Assembly: GCA_030141605.1 (NCBI GenBank)
Contig: JAQGDQ010000347.1
Location: forward strand, 1-59,491
Length of the DNA stretch: 59,491 bases
Direction: 5' to 3'
Source of the DNA: Tubiluchus corallicola
Taxonomy: Eukaryota; Animalia; Priapulida
The notes beneath the pieces were generated by a model that saw only the letters and a list, made by a program, of their open reading frames with translations, was not told the DNA's origin and made no database searches. Positions 41,237 to 52,081 of the stretch are shown one piece after another (position 1 is the stretch's first letter; every line of letters starts with the position of its first letter). The position numbers were made by a program, and so were the translations under genes.

Positions 41237-42068
41237 CTGACTTTCGGTAAATAAAATTGACCATTTGCTCTACCATGTTCACAAATAGCCCGGGTGTTGG
41301 ACTGCAAGCATCATCAGTATCTATAGTAAATACCCTATTCTCTCTTACTGCCGACAAGTTTGGATACCTCTCCCACTCCAACTTCTCATCTTCCCCGGCA
41401 GCACCCATAACTGCGATAATAATAACATCAGGATCTTTTACTAAAACCCACTCCCGTGTAATAGCTCCCATTGTCAAGTCCGATGCTATATTTACACCAT
41501 TAGCGTAGCGTATATAATCGTCCGAGAAACTGTTTGGAATAGCTGTAAACAATGGCCTCGCTCCTATCTCAAAAAATATCCTGAGAGAATCTTCCGAAGG
41601 GATGGCACTCCTTATCTCTTTCAACCTGATATTCTCTCTCTCAACAATAGCTTTGGCCAGCTGTTCCTCACCAACAAGCTTTCCTATATCAATAAACTGA
41701 CTACATATTTCCTTGTACGACTTCGGCAAAGGATATACCTCAACCCTTACTCCGGAACTTTTAAGTACTGCAATAACTTCAGGTTTTGTTAACAATGAAG
41801 CAACAACCACATCCGGCCTCATAGATATTACTCTCTCTACACTCACATTCATCCCTGAAGCAACTATCCTTCCCTTGTCTGGGTGCACAATCCCACAGTA
41901 CTTTGTATATCCGAAAAGTTTATCCTCAGACCCCAACACGCATATACTTTTTGTTAATGATGGAGACAAAGAAACAATGCAGTTAACTTGGCCCTTAGCC
42001 CTCGTAACAAAAAATGACACAACGAAAAGTGTGAATATAGCAATGTTATAATAGCTGCTCTTTTTCAT
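41220..42068 (-). CDS. Helical-backbone substrate-binding protein (BtuF-like)
   Basis: IVSLSPSLT, G-TKYC, PDVV, DPDVII, AVRENRV. Confidence 0.88.
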   Translation of the reverse strand: MKKSSYYNIAIFTLFVVSFFVTRAKGQVNCIVSLSPSLTKSICVLGSEDKLFGYTKYCGIVHPDKGRIVASGMNVSVERVISMRPDVVVASLLTKPEVIAVLKSSGVRVEVYPLPKSYKEICSQFIDIGKLVGEEQLAKAIVERENIRLKEIRSAIPSEDSLRIFFEIGARPLFTAIPNSFSDDYIRYANGVNIASDLTMGAITREWVLVKDPDVIIIAVMGAAGEDEKLEWERYPNLSAVRENRVFTIDTDDACSPTPGLFVNMVEQMVNFIYRKSGAALK

Positions 42069-42159
42069 ACACTACATTAATTTTAACCTTCGGAAACACT
42101 ACATGTATTTAACAGCCTATCACGAATCTTAACCTCCCGAAGCTCGATTTTTTAAAGCA

Positions 42160-42362
42160 AATATGGCAGGTCTTCTGGCTCGTCCCGGTTTTCAGCGCCT
42201 TCCCATCTACATAACTTACAGACAGTGGCAGGGTATAGAAAAACCGCTTCCCAAAAAAGGGCGGACTTACAGCTGCGGGTACAGCTCCGGACTCCCTGTT
42301 AAAATAACAAGCCACCGGATTCCCATATTACGGATTTCCCTGAAAAGGAAAATTCCACCATA
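42160..42362 (-). promoter_or_regulatory. Cobalamin (B12) riboswitch
   Basis: Minus strand has GGGAATCCGGTG...GTCCGGAGCTGTACCCGCAGCTGTAA...GCCACTG...GGGAAGGC...GAGCCAGAAGACCTGCC upstream of btuF/C/D/B-like genes. Confidence 0.93.
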
Positions 42363-42411
42363 CAGTGCGAATTTACATCTTTAATTTTTAAAGAAGGTAA
42401 ACTTCAGCATA

Positions 42412-42524
42412 AAAACATGTAAAGAAGCTTAACTTACTGGCTTCCACGTTGAGGAGTCAAAAAAACCTTAACTTGTCAGTTAAATGAGAGTTTTGACAAA
42501 AATATTAATAGAGAGACAAGCCCC
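42412..42524 (+). repeat. 113-bp target duplication, left copy (IS1634 copy 3)
   Basis: Identical to 44172-44284; abuts the TIR. Confidence 0.95.
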
Positions 42525-44171
42525 CCTGTTTTGTGCATTGCAGCACCCAAGTTTATAATTTCATATTTAACAACTTTTTTTGCATTTCAGTTGGCTGTAA
42601 TATTTTTGTTCTGACTTGTTTCGATTTGGGCAGAGTGTATTGCAGCTGCCTGATCTGCCGGATTTGTTCCAAGGCTTTTTCAGCAGAGATATCAATATTA
42701 TTTGCCCTCAATAACCTTTCCAGCTCTTTGTAAATGGCATAGGCTGTGAAACAAATACAGATATGGGCTTCAATGCGTTCTTTTAAGCGGTGATAAACTG
42801 GCCGTATTCGTAAATCAGTTTTTGATATACGAAAAGCTTTTTCCACTTGCCACAACTGACTATAATTCCCGATAACATCTTTTCTCGGTAAATGGGTATT
42901 GGTTACATAACCCTTCAACCCATCCCAAACTCTATCTGACTGGAACTTATCGTAGTCGATTTTAACGGCAATCTCCCCCGACAGATTCAGATATTTATTA
43001 TACCCGCGATTATTTATGTGATTCTTTGTTAGCTTGCCGGAAGCAACACGTTTTTCAAGTCTTTTTAAGCCCTTCTCTCTGTTTTTTTTATCGTTGAAGG
43101 CTCTTTTTTCTGAGAAGCTGATAATCAACCTTCCATTCTTGTTTTTCAACTCAACTGGCTTGTTTTCTTTAATATCAAGAGCTATAATTTTTTCTTTTAT
43201 TTTTTGACTTTCATTCTTTATCCGTCCTCCAAGTATGTACTCGTATTTGTTTTCAATCAAGGCATTTATGTTCTTCTGCGAGAGTAAAGCTGCATCGGCA
43301 ACTACAATAGGCCTTTCGATATTAAATTTATTTTGAAAGGCTTCCAGAACAGGGATTAGTGTTTTTGTTTCAGAGGTGTTTCCCTCGAATATTTGATAGC
43401 CAATCGGGTATCCATATTTACCCACCAGTAAACCTATCATTATTTGCGGTTGTTGATGCTTGCCATCTTTGTTGAATCCGGGAATACGGTAGTCATCTTC
43501 TTCTGATGCCTCAAAATACAATGTGGTCATATCATAAAATGCGACACTTATCTTTCCTTTTAGTAGCTTCCTGGTGTGCTTAAAGGTAAGTTGTTCAATT
43601 TGTGGCTTTAAACTTGTATTTAGCTCGTCAAGGAAACGATAAATAGTGTGTACGCTAACATCTGTATTCAGGTGCTGTCTAAAATAGTCAACGGTTTTTA
43701 ATTTGCTTCCCGGGTACACTAACCGACATAATACCAGGTTGCGAAAATAATTGCAGCACCCATCATCCGGAAAGTTAAAGACTTGATAAATTTTGCCTAA
43801 AATTAATTCACTTCCTACAACTTGTAAATGATTGTTTGCAATGCTGCCCACAAAGTTTTCAACCACCAAATCATCGTGTTCAACAAAAAGCGATTGCATG
43901 TCCCTAAGCCGCTCTATCTCTGTGTTGGCAAGCAATAAAAGCAATTCTTCTTCCCGCTTTGTTTTTGCGCAACCTACGGTTTTTACAACCTTATATTTAC
44001 CATGATTTTTTGAGATTATCTGTACACTCACAGAACCACTCCGATTCTTATTTTTTCGGACAAACATGCATAAAATTAAGCATGCAGCACCCAAAATGCA
44101 AATTTGAAATTCCTATCTTGCTGATAATCAGTAGTGCATTCTTGGGGCGTCGTTGTGGTGCACAAAACAGG
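42525..44171 (-). mobile_element. IS1634-family element, copy 3 (1647 bp, intact)
   Basis: TIRs CCTGTTTTGTGCA at both ends. Confidence 0.94.
42553..44067 (-). CDS. IS1634-family transposase
   Basis: About 99% identical to copy 1; open frame. Confidence 0.9.
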   Translation of the reverse strand: MFVRKNKNRSGSVSVQIISKNHGKYKVVKTVGCAKTKREEELLLLLANTEIERLRDMQSLFVEHDDLVVENFVGSIANNHLQVVGSELILGKIYQVFNFPDDGCCNYFRNLVLCRLVYPGSKLKTVDYFRQHLNTDVSVHTIYRFLDELNTSLKPQIEQLTFKHTRKLLKGKISVAFYDMTTLYFEASEEDDYRIPGFNKDGKHQQPQIMIGLLVGKYGYPIGYQIFEGNTSETKTLIPVLEAFQNKFNIERPIVVADAALLSQKNINALIENKYEYILGGRIKNESQKIKEKIIALDIKENKPVELKNKNGRLIISFSEKRAFNDKKNREKGLKRLEKRVASGKLTKNHINNRGYNKYLNLSGEIAVKIDYDKFQSDRVWDGLKGYVTNTHLPRKDVIGNYSQLWQVEKAFRISKTDLRIRPVYHRLKERIEAHICICFTAYAIYKELERLLRANNIDISAEKALEQIRQIRQLQYTLPKSKQVRTKILQPTEMQKKLLNMKL

Positions 44172-44284
44172 AAAACATGTAAAGAAGCTTAACTTACTGG
44201 CTTCCACGTTGAGGAGTCAAAAAAACCTTAACTTGTCAGTTAAATGAGAGTTTTGACAAAAATATTAATAGAGAGACAAGCCCC
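44172..44284 (+). repeat. 113-bp target duplication, right copy
   Basis: Identical to 42412-42524. Confidence 0.95.
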
Positions 44285-44321
44285 GCAAAGGCTTTAATAT
44301 CTGCTATATTGAGGCAACTCC

Positions 44322-46445
44322 TTATTTAGTAACTACCCCTAACTCCGCTATCCCTACTACACCATTTTCATCTACTACCGATAAAGCACGAAGCTTGACA
44401 AATCGCCCTCTCTCGGCCTTAAACAGCCTCTTTTGCCATATCGGATTACTCTTTATATTTGAAAATTCTCCCTTAGACACCGGGGTTCCCCACCTTTTCC
44501 CATCCATGCTTACATAAAAGTTATAATTAAAAATAAGGCCCTTCTCACCTCTACTCTGATCAGGCAGATAGGTAAAACCCTCAATATCCAACTCTTCGCC
44601 TAAATCAACAATAATATCAACAGGAAAATCCTCTGCATTAGTAAAATAAGTTGAAGAAGGATCATCATCAATTGCCTTATTCGCATGCTTACTTTGAGTG
44701 TCATGAAGTTTCCACTTGGCCTTGCAGACATCAAACAGAGTAGTTGTCACAGGGCCTGATTCTTCGGTTTCTGGATCGAAAGAAACTGCTTTGACCACCC
44801 CTTTCCTTTTTTGCATAAACGGCTCTTTATAGAGAGAAGAACCGGCATTTGGCTCTGAACCATCTGTCGTATATCTTATTTCGCTGGTGCGCTCAAAAGT
44901 AGTCATGCTCACACGTCCGACCTTATCCCTGCTAATATCAGGAGCTAGCAATACTTTGGGGGCATTATATATCTCAATATTTGATATAGTAGGGCAGGCT
45001 TTAGACCTCTTTATGCTAAACCGCACCTTCGTAGCCGTTATCGGGTCAAACCGTAAAATGCGCTTATAACCAATAGTTGTTTCAGATGCCAGCTCTACCC
45101 ACTCTCCATTGGCCATCGCTTCAAGTGTGAACTCTTGTACTCTCTGTCCCAAAGCAATATACTCCTGTACCAGAAAACGATTTACTGTTGTCGCTCTCTT
45201 TAAATCTATAATCAGCGACGCTTCGGTAATATTATCATCCGTTGCCCAGTATGTTTTTTTATTCCCATCAACTACATTCTTTGCACTATACCCACGTCCT
45301 CTATCCGATGTAGCAGTTACCCTTTTTCCCTTTGCAATATTATGAGCAAAATCCGCTTTTATTGTCTTTGCCAATCCCATAAGAGCTGCTGAATCATTCT
45401 CATGAACAAGCCCCCTTCTATCAACTGGGAAATTTAGTAGTAGCGATGCATTTCTACCTATCGAATTGTAATAAATATTAAGTAGCCAGGGAATATCTTT
45501 TACTTTATGATCTTCCGACTCATGATAATACCAGCCCGGCCTTATTGATACATCTGCCTCTGCCGGAACCCAGTGCGTCCCATCATCATGCCCTTCACGT
45601 AGCTCTTTATAATGTGGATAACCCGGCCAGACCTCATCCCTGCGTAACAGTGACCAGTTTGTTTCTGGTGACCACCCCTCCTCATTGCCAATCCAACGAA
45701 CATCAGGCCCCGCATCACTAAAAAGAACTGCACTAGGCTGCAAGTTTCGCACTATCTTGTAAGTATTTGGCCAATCATAATAACTCTTTCTATCTATTTC
45801 TCTTCTCTCTCTTGCCCCTCCATAATAACCTACCCCCCCATTTGCCCCGTCAAACCACACCTCAAAAATCTCTCCATAGTTGGATAGCAATTCACGCAAC
45901 TGTTCACGCATTATTTCTATATACTCAGGCCTACCATAATACTGACTATTACGATCCCAGGGAGAGAGATAGACCCCCAGCTTTAACCCATACTCTTTGC
46001 ATGCCTCCGCCAACTCTTCTACTATATCACCCTCTCCGTTGCGATAGGGGGAATTCTTAACAGAATGCTCAGTTGTTTTAGTAGGCCACAGACAGAAACC
46101 ATCATGATGCTTGGCAGTCAATATAACTCCTGTCATGCCAGCCTCCTTAAATATGCGACACCATTGGCGACAATCCAAATCAGACGGATTAAAGATCTCA
46201 GGCGACTCATCACCATAACCCCACTCCATATTGGTAAAAGTGTTCATATTAAAATGAACAAAAGCGTAAAACTCCATCTCGTGCCACGCAAGTTGCCTCT
46301 CTGACGGAATGGGACCAAACGGGTTAGGAGGAGCAGCCTGCCTACATGAAGTAACCGTTGCCAGTACAAAAAACGGCATAAACAAACTGGCTCTAAAACA
46401 TTTCATTATATTATACATACTCACTCTTATATGAAGAAATAACAT
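44322..46445 (-). CDS. GH29 alpha-L-fucosidase lipoprotein with F5/8-type C (CBM32-like) and Fn3-associated domains
   Basis: FVHFNMNTF, TAKHHDGFCLWP, YLSPWDRN, EVWFDGANGG, DVSIRPGWYYH, IRYTTDGSEP. Confidence 0.92.
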   Translation of the reverse strand: MLFLHIRVSMYNIMKCFRASLFMPFFVLATVTSCRQAAPPNPFGPIPSERQLAWHEMEFYAFVHFNMNTFTNMEWGYGDESPEIFNPSDLDCRQWCRIFKEAGMTGVILTAKHHDGFCLWPTKTTEHSVKNSPYRNGEGDIVEELAEACKEYGLKLGVYLSPWDRNSQYYGRPEYIEIMREQLRELLSNYGEIFEVWFDGANGGVGYYGGARERREIDRKSYYDWPNTYKIVRNLQPSAVLFSDAGPDVRWIGNEEGWSPETNWSLLRRDEVWPGYPHYKELREGHDDGTHWVPAEADVSIRPGWYYHESEDHKVKDIPWLLNIYYNSIGRNASLLLNFPVDRRGLVHENDSAALMGLAKTIKADFAHNIAKGKRVTATSDRGRGYSAKNVVDGNKKTYWATDDNITEASLIIDLKRATTVNRFLVQEYIALGQRVQEFTLEAMANGEWVELASETTIGYKRILRFDPITATKVRFSIKRSKACPTISNIEIYNAPKVLLAPDISRDKVGRVSMTTFERTSEIRYTTDGSEPNAGSSLYKEPFMQKRKGVVKAVSFDPETEESGPVTTTLFDVCKAKWKLHDTQSKHANKAIDDDPSSTYFTNAEDFPVDIIVDLGEELDIEGFTYLPDQSRGEKGLIFNYNFYVSMDGKRWGTPVSKGEFSNIKSNPIWQKRLFKAERGRFVKLRALSVVDENGVVGIAELGVVTK

Positions 46446-46615
46446 TTATGCTGAGACTGTAAAAATAGCAGCAATGTGAATGTCGAACATTAACGCTACT
46501 TACAGTATATTTTGATCACAATTAAAGTATTAATAGCTCAAATTTAATAATTTATTCCATCCTTAAAACATTTAGTTTTACCTTTGGAATGCTTTAAAGT
46601 TAATGTTAACCGTTT

Positions 46616-47590
46616 ATGGCATCAAAGCAAGATATTAAATCACCAATAAAATCGGAGCTAAAAGGGTTTGAGCCATATTATCGGCGCGCTACAAAAACGA
46701 AAATCCCCATTCTTGACATCATAATCAACTATATACTGAGGAGAAAGGGTAAACAGATGCGCCCTATCTTAGTGTTTCTTTCAGCTAAACTGAATGGAGA
46801 ATTTAATGAAAAAGCTTACCACGCAGCTATTACAATTGAACTTTTACATACAGCTACATTACTACATGATGACGTAGTAGATGAGGCGCATCAGCGCAGA
46901 GGTTTCTTTTCAATTAATGCTATATGGAAAAATAAACTAGCTGTACTTGTGGGAGACTATATTCTTGCAAAAGGATTGCTATGGTCACTTGACCATGACA
47001 ACTATGACCTTCTTAAGCATATATCTGTAGCTGTAAAAGACATGAGTGAGGGAGAGATTCTCCAGATCGAAAAAAATCGAAAATTCAATGTGACAGAGGA
47101 GACATATTTTGAAATAATAAAGAAAAAAACTGCATCATTGCTGTCAACAAGTGCTGCCGTGGGAACATGCTCTGTAACCAATGATGAGAAAAAAATATCG
47201 CTAATGCGCAAATTTGGCGAACATGCCGGAATCGCATATCAAATTAAAGATGACCTCTTCGACTTTGAAAAGAATAAACTTACAGGAAAACCAGCAGGTA
47301 ACGATATTCGTGAAAGAAAAATGACACTACCTTTTATATACGCACTTTCCGTATCGAAAAAAAAGGAGAAAAGTAGCATATTAAAAACTCTGAAAAAGCA
47401 TGACAAATCATCTGAAGATATTGATAAAATCATCAAATTTGTAAGGAAAAAAGGGGGAATGGAATATGCCAAAAGCATGATGCTGCTATACAGGAATAAA
47501 GCAATAAAACTTCTTGACACATATCCCGAATCAAAATATAAAACAGCGCTTATAGAATATGTCAACTATATTACATCCAGAAAAAAGTAA
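46616..47590 (+). CDS. ispB: Polyprenyl diphosphate synthase (IspB-like)
   Basis: GKQMRP, LLHDDVVD..RRG, KKTASL, YQIKDD, GKPAGNDI. Confidence 0.88.
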   Translation: MASKQDIKSPIKSELKGFEPYYRRATKTKIPILDIIINYILRRKGKQMRPILVFLSAKLNGEFNEKAYHAAITIELLHTATLLHDDVVDEAHQRRGFFSINAIWKNKLAVLVGDYILAKGLLWSLDHDNYDLLKHISVAVKDMSEGEILQIEKNRKFNVTEETYFEIIKKKTASLLSTSAAVGTCSVTNDEKKISLMRKFGEHAGIAYQIKDDLFDFEKNKLTGKPAGNDIRERKMTLPFIYALSVSKKKEKSSILKTLKKHDKSSEDIDKIIKFVRKKGGMEYAKSMMLLYRNKAIKLLDTYPESKYKTALIEYVNYITSRKK

Positions 47591-47820
47591 AATATGATAG
47601 GCAACAACTCGAACGCAAACAACATATTATATATCAAAGCCCACTACAACTCTAAGGACTTTGGCCAAGGTTAAGAAAAGCGATGTAAAATTAGGACATT
47701 GAGATAGCTCTCGACAAAAAAACAGGTAAAAGCAGATAAGAACTTCACTATTATTATGACGGGGGAAAGTAGCAGACATGCCTGTTGCATAATCACCCTG
47801 AATCTACAGGCACACAGTAT

Positions 47821-48354
47821 ATGAGGAAACTACGAAACGATGAACTAAAAAGAATGAGCACTGAAGAGTTTAAAAGTGCGGAAAGACTCCCGGTTACTAT
47901 CATCATCGACAATATTCGCAGTGGCAACAATACAGGCTCTATCTTTAGAACATCCGACGCCTTATCGGTACAAAAAATTATCCTTTGTGGCATTACAGCT
48001 ACCCCCCCAAATAAAGAGATACATAAAACCGCACTGGGTGCAGAAGATTCTGTCCCATGGGAATATTTTGAATTCACAGAAGACGCCGTGAAAAAGCTAA
48101 AAGAAGAAGAGTACACCATTATAGCTGTAGAGCAGGTAGAGGGTAGCATCTCGCTACCTGAATATACCCCAAAAAAAGGACAAAAATCGGCGTTGATCTT
48201 TGGGAATGAAGTAAAAGGGGTTCAGCAAAAGATCATTGACATGTGTGACAAAGCTATTGAAATACCCCAGTATGGCACAAAACACTCTCTCAATGTATCT
48301 GTTTGTGTCGGAATTACACTTTGGGAAATAGTTCGCAAGCTAACTATGAACTGA
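47821..48354 (+). CDS. TrmH/SpoU-family RNA methyltransferase
   Basis: DNIRSGNNTGSIFRTSD, IHKTALGAE, FGNEVKGV, IPQYGTKHSLNVSV; ATG at 47821. Confidence 0.9.
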   Translation: MRKLRNDELKRMSTEEFKSAERLPVTIIIDNIRSGNNTGSIFRTSDALSVQKIILCGITATPPNKEIHKTALGAEDSVPWEYFEFTEDAVKKLKEEEYTIIAVEQVEGSISLPEYTPKKGQKSALIFGNEVKGVQQKIIDMCDKAIEIPQYGTKHSLNVSVCVGITLWEIVRKLTMN

Positions 48355-48683
48355 TGCTCCCTGCAAGGGGCTTCCACACAGACGAAAACTAAACAAGTCA
48401 CATCTAATCATCAAACATTATATCAGCGTAAGATTTTTGCTATAACAGCCAAAAATTGCAACCGGCTAATATTGTTTAACTTCAAAAAATTTATAGCTTT
48501 GACGTGCATCTTAGCTATCATGTATGTAACTAGGAACTGCTAAAACACCGGATGAAAGTCAGAACAGAACAGAACTCTTTTTAACAAAAACTATGTAGAA
48601 AATATTAACACTCTACAACCTGTAAAACATGTCAACACTTTAGATTCAACCAGAAACCCTATATATAAACTACAACCAAATAA

Positions 48684-48896
48684 ATGGAGCAAAAAAATGA
48701 ACCTAAAAAACTTCGTCGCTCAGCTACCATGATTAAGCTTGGTGGTGTATGTGGAGGACTTGCAGAGTACTTCAATGCAGATGTAACTATTTTCAGGCTT
48801 ATATTTGCTATTGCGGCAGTATTCAGCTTTCTTATCCCCGCCACAATTGCATATCTGGTAATGTGGATTATAATCCCGAAGAACCCATACAATTAA
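48684..48896 (+). CDS. PspC-domain membrane protein
   Basis: KKLRRS..KLGGVCGGLAEYFNAD..FRL..AYLVMWIIIP. Confidence 0.9.
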   Translation: MEQKNEPKKLRRSATMIKLGGVCGGLAEYFNADVTIFRLIFAIAAVFSFLIPATIAYLVMWIIIPKNPYN

Positions 48897-49076
48897 AAGC
48901 GTGAAGAAGCTTTATAATAATAAATAATAGACTAATGGCTGCACATCTATCCAACCTATATAAAATGAGGGGATGGGTATTTCCCATACAGCCCAAACAA
49001 TTTAATATACCCCAAATACAAACTGATAATTTAATAACCAAAAAAATATTTTAAAACAATAAAACCGCGACAAATC

Positions 49077-50186
49077 ATGAAACGTATTACTGTTATTGCC
49101 ATTACCACTCTTTTTGTAGTCTCCTCTTTTGCTCAGGACATGAACAATATACGCCTGTCTGAAGAGCTGAGGCGACCAGCTACAGGAAGAAAAGAGATAC
49201 GAGTACCGGACATTCTTGGATATAAAACGCTTAAATGTGATTTTCATATGCACACGGTCTTTTCCGACGGCTCAGTATGGCCCACGTTCAGAGTTGATGA
49301 AGCATGGGAAGAGGGGCTGGATGCAATCTCTATAACAGATCATATTGAAAACAACCCTTCCAAAAGATTTGTAGGAGGAGACCATAACTCCCCATACGAT
49401 ATTGCTTTGGGCAGAGCTTTGGAAAAGAATATCATTCTTGTGCGTGGCGGTGAAATTTCACGAGGCATGCCTCCCGGGCACTTTAATGCCCTGTTTGTGA
49501 ATGATGTAAACCCTCTAAATACTGAAGACTACATGGACGCTTTTAAAGAGGCCGCCAGACAGGGTGCTTTTATTAAGTGGAACCACCCGGGATGGAAAGC
49601 ACAACAACCCGACACTACAATGTGGTGGAATATACACCAGGAACTGTACGAAAAAGGGTTGATACATGGGATCGAAGTCTTCAATGAAGTAGAATGGTAC
49701 CCTATAGCTCTGGACTGGTGTATAGAAAAAAATCTTGCTGTAACAGGGAACTCAGATATTCACGGTGTGGTGTCAAAAATGTATAACCTGGATAAATACC
49801 ATCGCCCCATGACCCTAGTATTTGCAAAAGACCGCTCAGAAGAGGCTATAAAAGAGGCAATGTTTGATCAAAGAACGGTTGCATTCTTCACCAACACTCT
49901 CATCGGTAAAGAGGAATTCTTAAAAGCTATTTTTGAAGCTTGTGTGGTGGTAGGAGAAGGTAAAGTCACCAGTAGGTCAGCGAGAAGGGAAGAGGCCGTT
50001 TACTCCGTTAAAAATAACTCTGACATAAAATTCACACTGTCAACAAAGAATAGTAATAAAATAGTAATTCCCGCAAATTCAGAAACTCAGATTTCTCAAA
50101 AAGCCGGAAAGAGAGTCCCCTTTATTGTTGAAAATATGTTTATCGGAGGAACAGAAAACCTTAAAGTAGAACTACTATTCGAATAA
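49077..50186 (+). CDS. PHP-domain phosphodiesterase (Sb-PDE-like), secreted
   Basis: CDFHMHTVFSDG, ITDHIE, PPGHFNA, WNHPGW, GNSDIH. Confidence 0.85.
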   Translation: MKRITVIAITTLFVVSSFAQDMNNIRLSEELRRPATGRKEIRVPDILGYKTLKCDFHMHTVFSDGSVWPTFRVDEAWEEGLDAISITDHIENNPSKRFVGGDHNSPYDIALGRALEKNIILVRGGEISRGMPPGHFNALFVNDVNPLNTEDYMDAFKEAARQGAFIKWNHPGWKAQQPDTTMWWNIHQELYEKGLIHGIEVFNEVEWYPIALDWCIEKNLAVTGNSDIHGVVSKMYNLDKYHRPMTLVFAKDRSEEAIKEAMFDQRTVAFFTNTLIGKEEFLKAIFEACVVVGEGKVTSRSARREEAVYSVKNNSDIKFTLSTKNSNKIVIPANSETQISQKAGKRVPFIVENMFIGGTENLKVELLFE

Positions 50187-50360
50187 TATAGTTTTTGTGC
50201 TATTACACTTACTACTCTTTTATTCTATATACAGGGGTAACTCAGGGATAAAGCTTCAAAGCAGACGGGACAATACCGAACAGCTAGATAAGCTTTCAAG
50301 ATGAATTACAAAAACAATAATTGTCTGAGACTATGAAAATAGTAGCTTTATAGGTATGTT

Positions 50361-51830
50361 CTAATCCTCCTTAAAAATACCTTTTAAGTCCAGGCCATCT
50401 CCCATCTCATCCTGTTTTATCAATAATCGGGCAAACAGCTCTTTTGCTTTTGCTGAATACTCTTCATTACCGATCAGGTTATTCATCTCTAAAGGATCAT
50501 TAGTAAGATCAAACAACTTCATTTTTGCTATTTGTGGATACACGATCAACTTATAGCCTTCAGCTCTGATCATTCTCTGCTTGTCCATATATGCTCCATA
50601 GATTGACTTATACGAGCTTCGGGTTTGCACCCCTTTTGCAAGAGGCAGCAAACTATTAAACTCCACATAATAAGGTTTTTCAAAGCCTGCTAGCTCTATT
50701 GTCGATGGCATAATATCCTGAATATAAACATCCAAATCAATTCGCCTATTTTTAGGTAAATCTGGCCCAATCACAATCAATGGAGATCTCATGCTGTGAT
50801 CGTACATACTTTGCTTGCCCATTAAGCCATGCTCTCCACACGCCAAGCCGTGATCTGCGCTATAAAAAATGTAAGTATTATCCTTTTGTCCCGAACTCTC
50901 TAACGCTTCCATAATACGCCCGATCTGCCTGTCCATATGCGTAATGATCGCATAATACTCTTGACGGTTAACTTTAACGGCGTGCTCAGTCCTGGGAAAA
51001 GGAGCCAGCTTCTCATCACGCAACTCCCTATCACACCCTATCGCATCCTTATCAGGGTACTCAGGAAGGAATGTTTTAGGCACCTCAATATTTTCGAGAG
51101 GATACATGTCAACACAACTCTTGGGTGACTGGCGCGGATCATGGGGAGCATTAAAGGCCACATACATAAAAAATGGATTCTTACGCTCCCTACACGTACT
51201 AATAAAGTCAACCGCCTCGTCTCCCAATACTTCACTCCAGTGCTTACCACCTTTCCAGAATCCCCCATATTGCCTATGCCACGGTTGCCAGATTGTATCG
51301 TTTTCATGAAGCGGCCTATTATATCCCTCAGGAGTCTGATTAGGCATACCTCCCGACCGCTTGGTGCCCATATACTCAAAACAGTCTTCTACCTTAGCTC
51401 TTATATGCCACTTACCTGCCATATAAGTATCATAACCGGCATTAGCCATAACGTTCCCCCACATCTGTGACATATAAACCGAATCTCTTTGGGACAAATG
51501 CTTTTCTATCTTGCGTGCATTCCAAATAGTGCGCCCTGTATTAAGCATTGTTCGTGAAGCTACACAAATCGCACCACTCCACCCTCCCATATTATAAGCA
51601 TGGGTAAAAGTTACTCCGCTTTCAACCAGCTTATCTAGATTAGGCGTTATCACTTCACGGTTACCTAAAACATGAATCGTATTATATGCCTGGTCATCTG
51701 CAAACAAAAATATAATATTCGGTTGCTCTCTCTCTTTTTTAGACTGTGAGGATGACATAGATATAACTGAAGTTGGCACTAATAAAAGTGCGGCAAAAAA
51801 CAGGTAGCCACTAAACATAATTTTTAACAT
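50361..51830 (-). CDS. S1 sulfatase (Cys type, CxAxR variant)
   Basis: PNIIFLFADD, TPNLD, CVASRTMLNTG, GKWH, APHDP, ADHG, GKQSMY. Confidence 0.9.
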   Translation of the reverse strand: MLKIMFSGYLFFAALLLVPTSVISMSSSQSKKEREQPNIIFLFADDQAYNTIHVLGNREVITPNLDKLVESGVTFTHAYNMGGWSGAICVASRTMLNTGRTIWNARKIEKHLSQRDSVYMSQMWGNVMANAGYDTYMAGKWHIRAKVEDCFEYMGTKRSGGMPNQTPEGYNRPLHENDTIWQPWHRQYGGFWKGGKHWSEVLGDEAVDFISTCRERKNPFFMYVAFNAPHDPRQSPKSCVDMYPLENIEVPKTFLPEYPDKDAIGCDRELRDEKLAPFPRTEHAVKVNRQEYYAIITHMDRQIGRIMEALESSGQKDNTYIFYSADHGLACGEHGLMGKQSMYDHSMRSPLIVIGPDLPKNRRIDLDVYIQDIMPSTIELAGFEKPYYVEFNSLLPLAKGVQTRSSYKSIYGAYMDKQRMIRAEGYKLIVYPQIAKMKLFDLTNDPLEMNNLIGNEEYSAKAKELFARLLIKQDEMGDGLDLKGIFKED

Positions 51831-52081
51831 ATATAGTCTATTTAATAATTTTATCCTCTATCTTCATTCCGGCAGATTTAAGTATTTTTCCAAAAACTCA
51901 CCTTCATTTCTTATTGCTTTCCAGAAATACATTTAATATATTTGACGAAACTACATTTAATTTAACCATTTTCAAATTTAAAATAAATTGCATGATTTTT
52001 TTATATTATTGAATATCTTTTAAATCTTATACTTTACAAAATAGCAAACAAACGATGATATTTATAAAACATATAAACATA

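Noticed and set aside
42109-42384. Short ORFs 42109-42315 and 42163-42384
   Set aside because: They overlap the cobalamin riboswitch and have no coding features.
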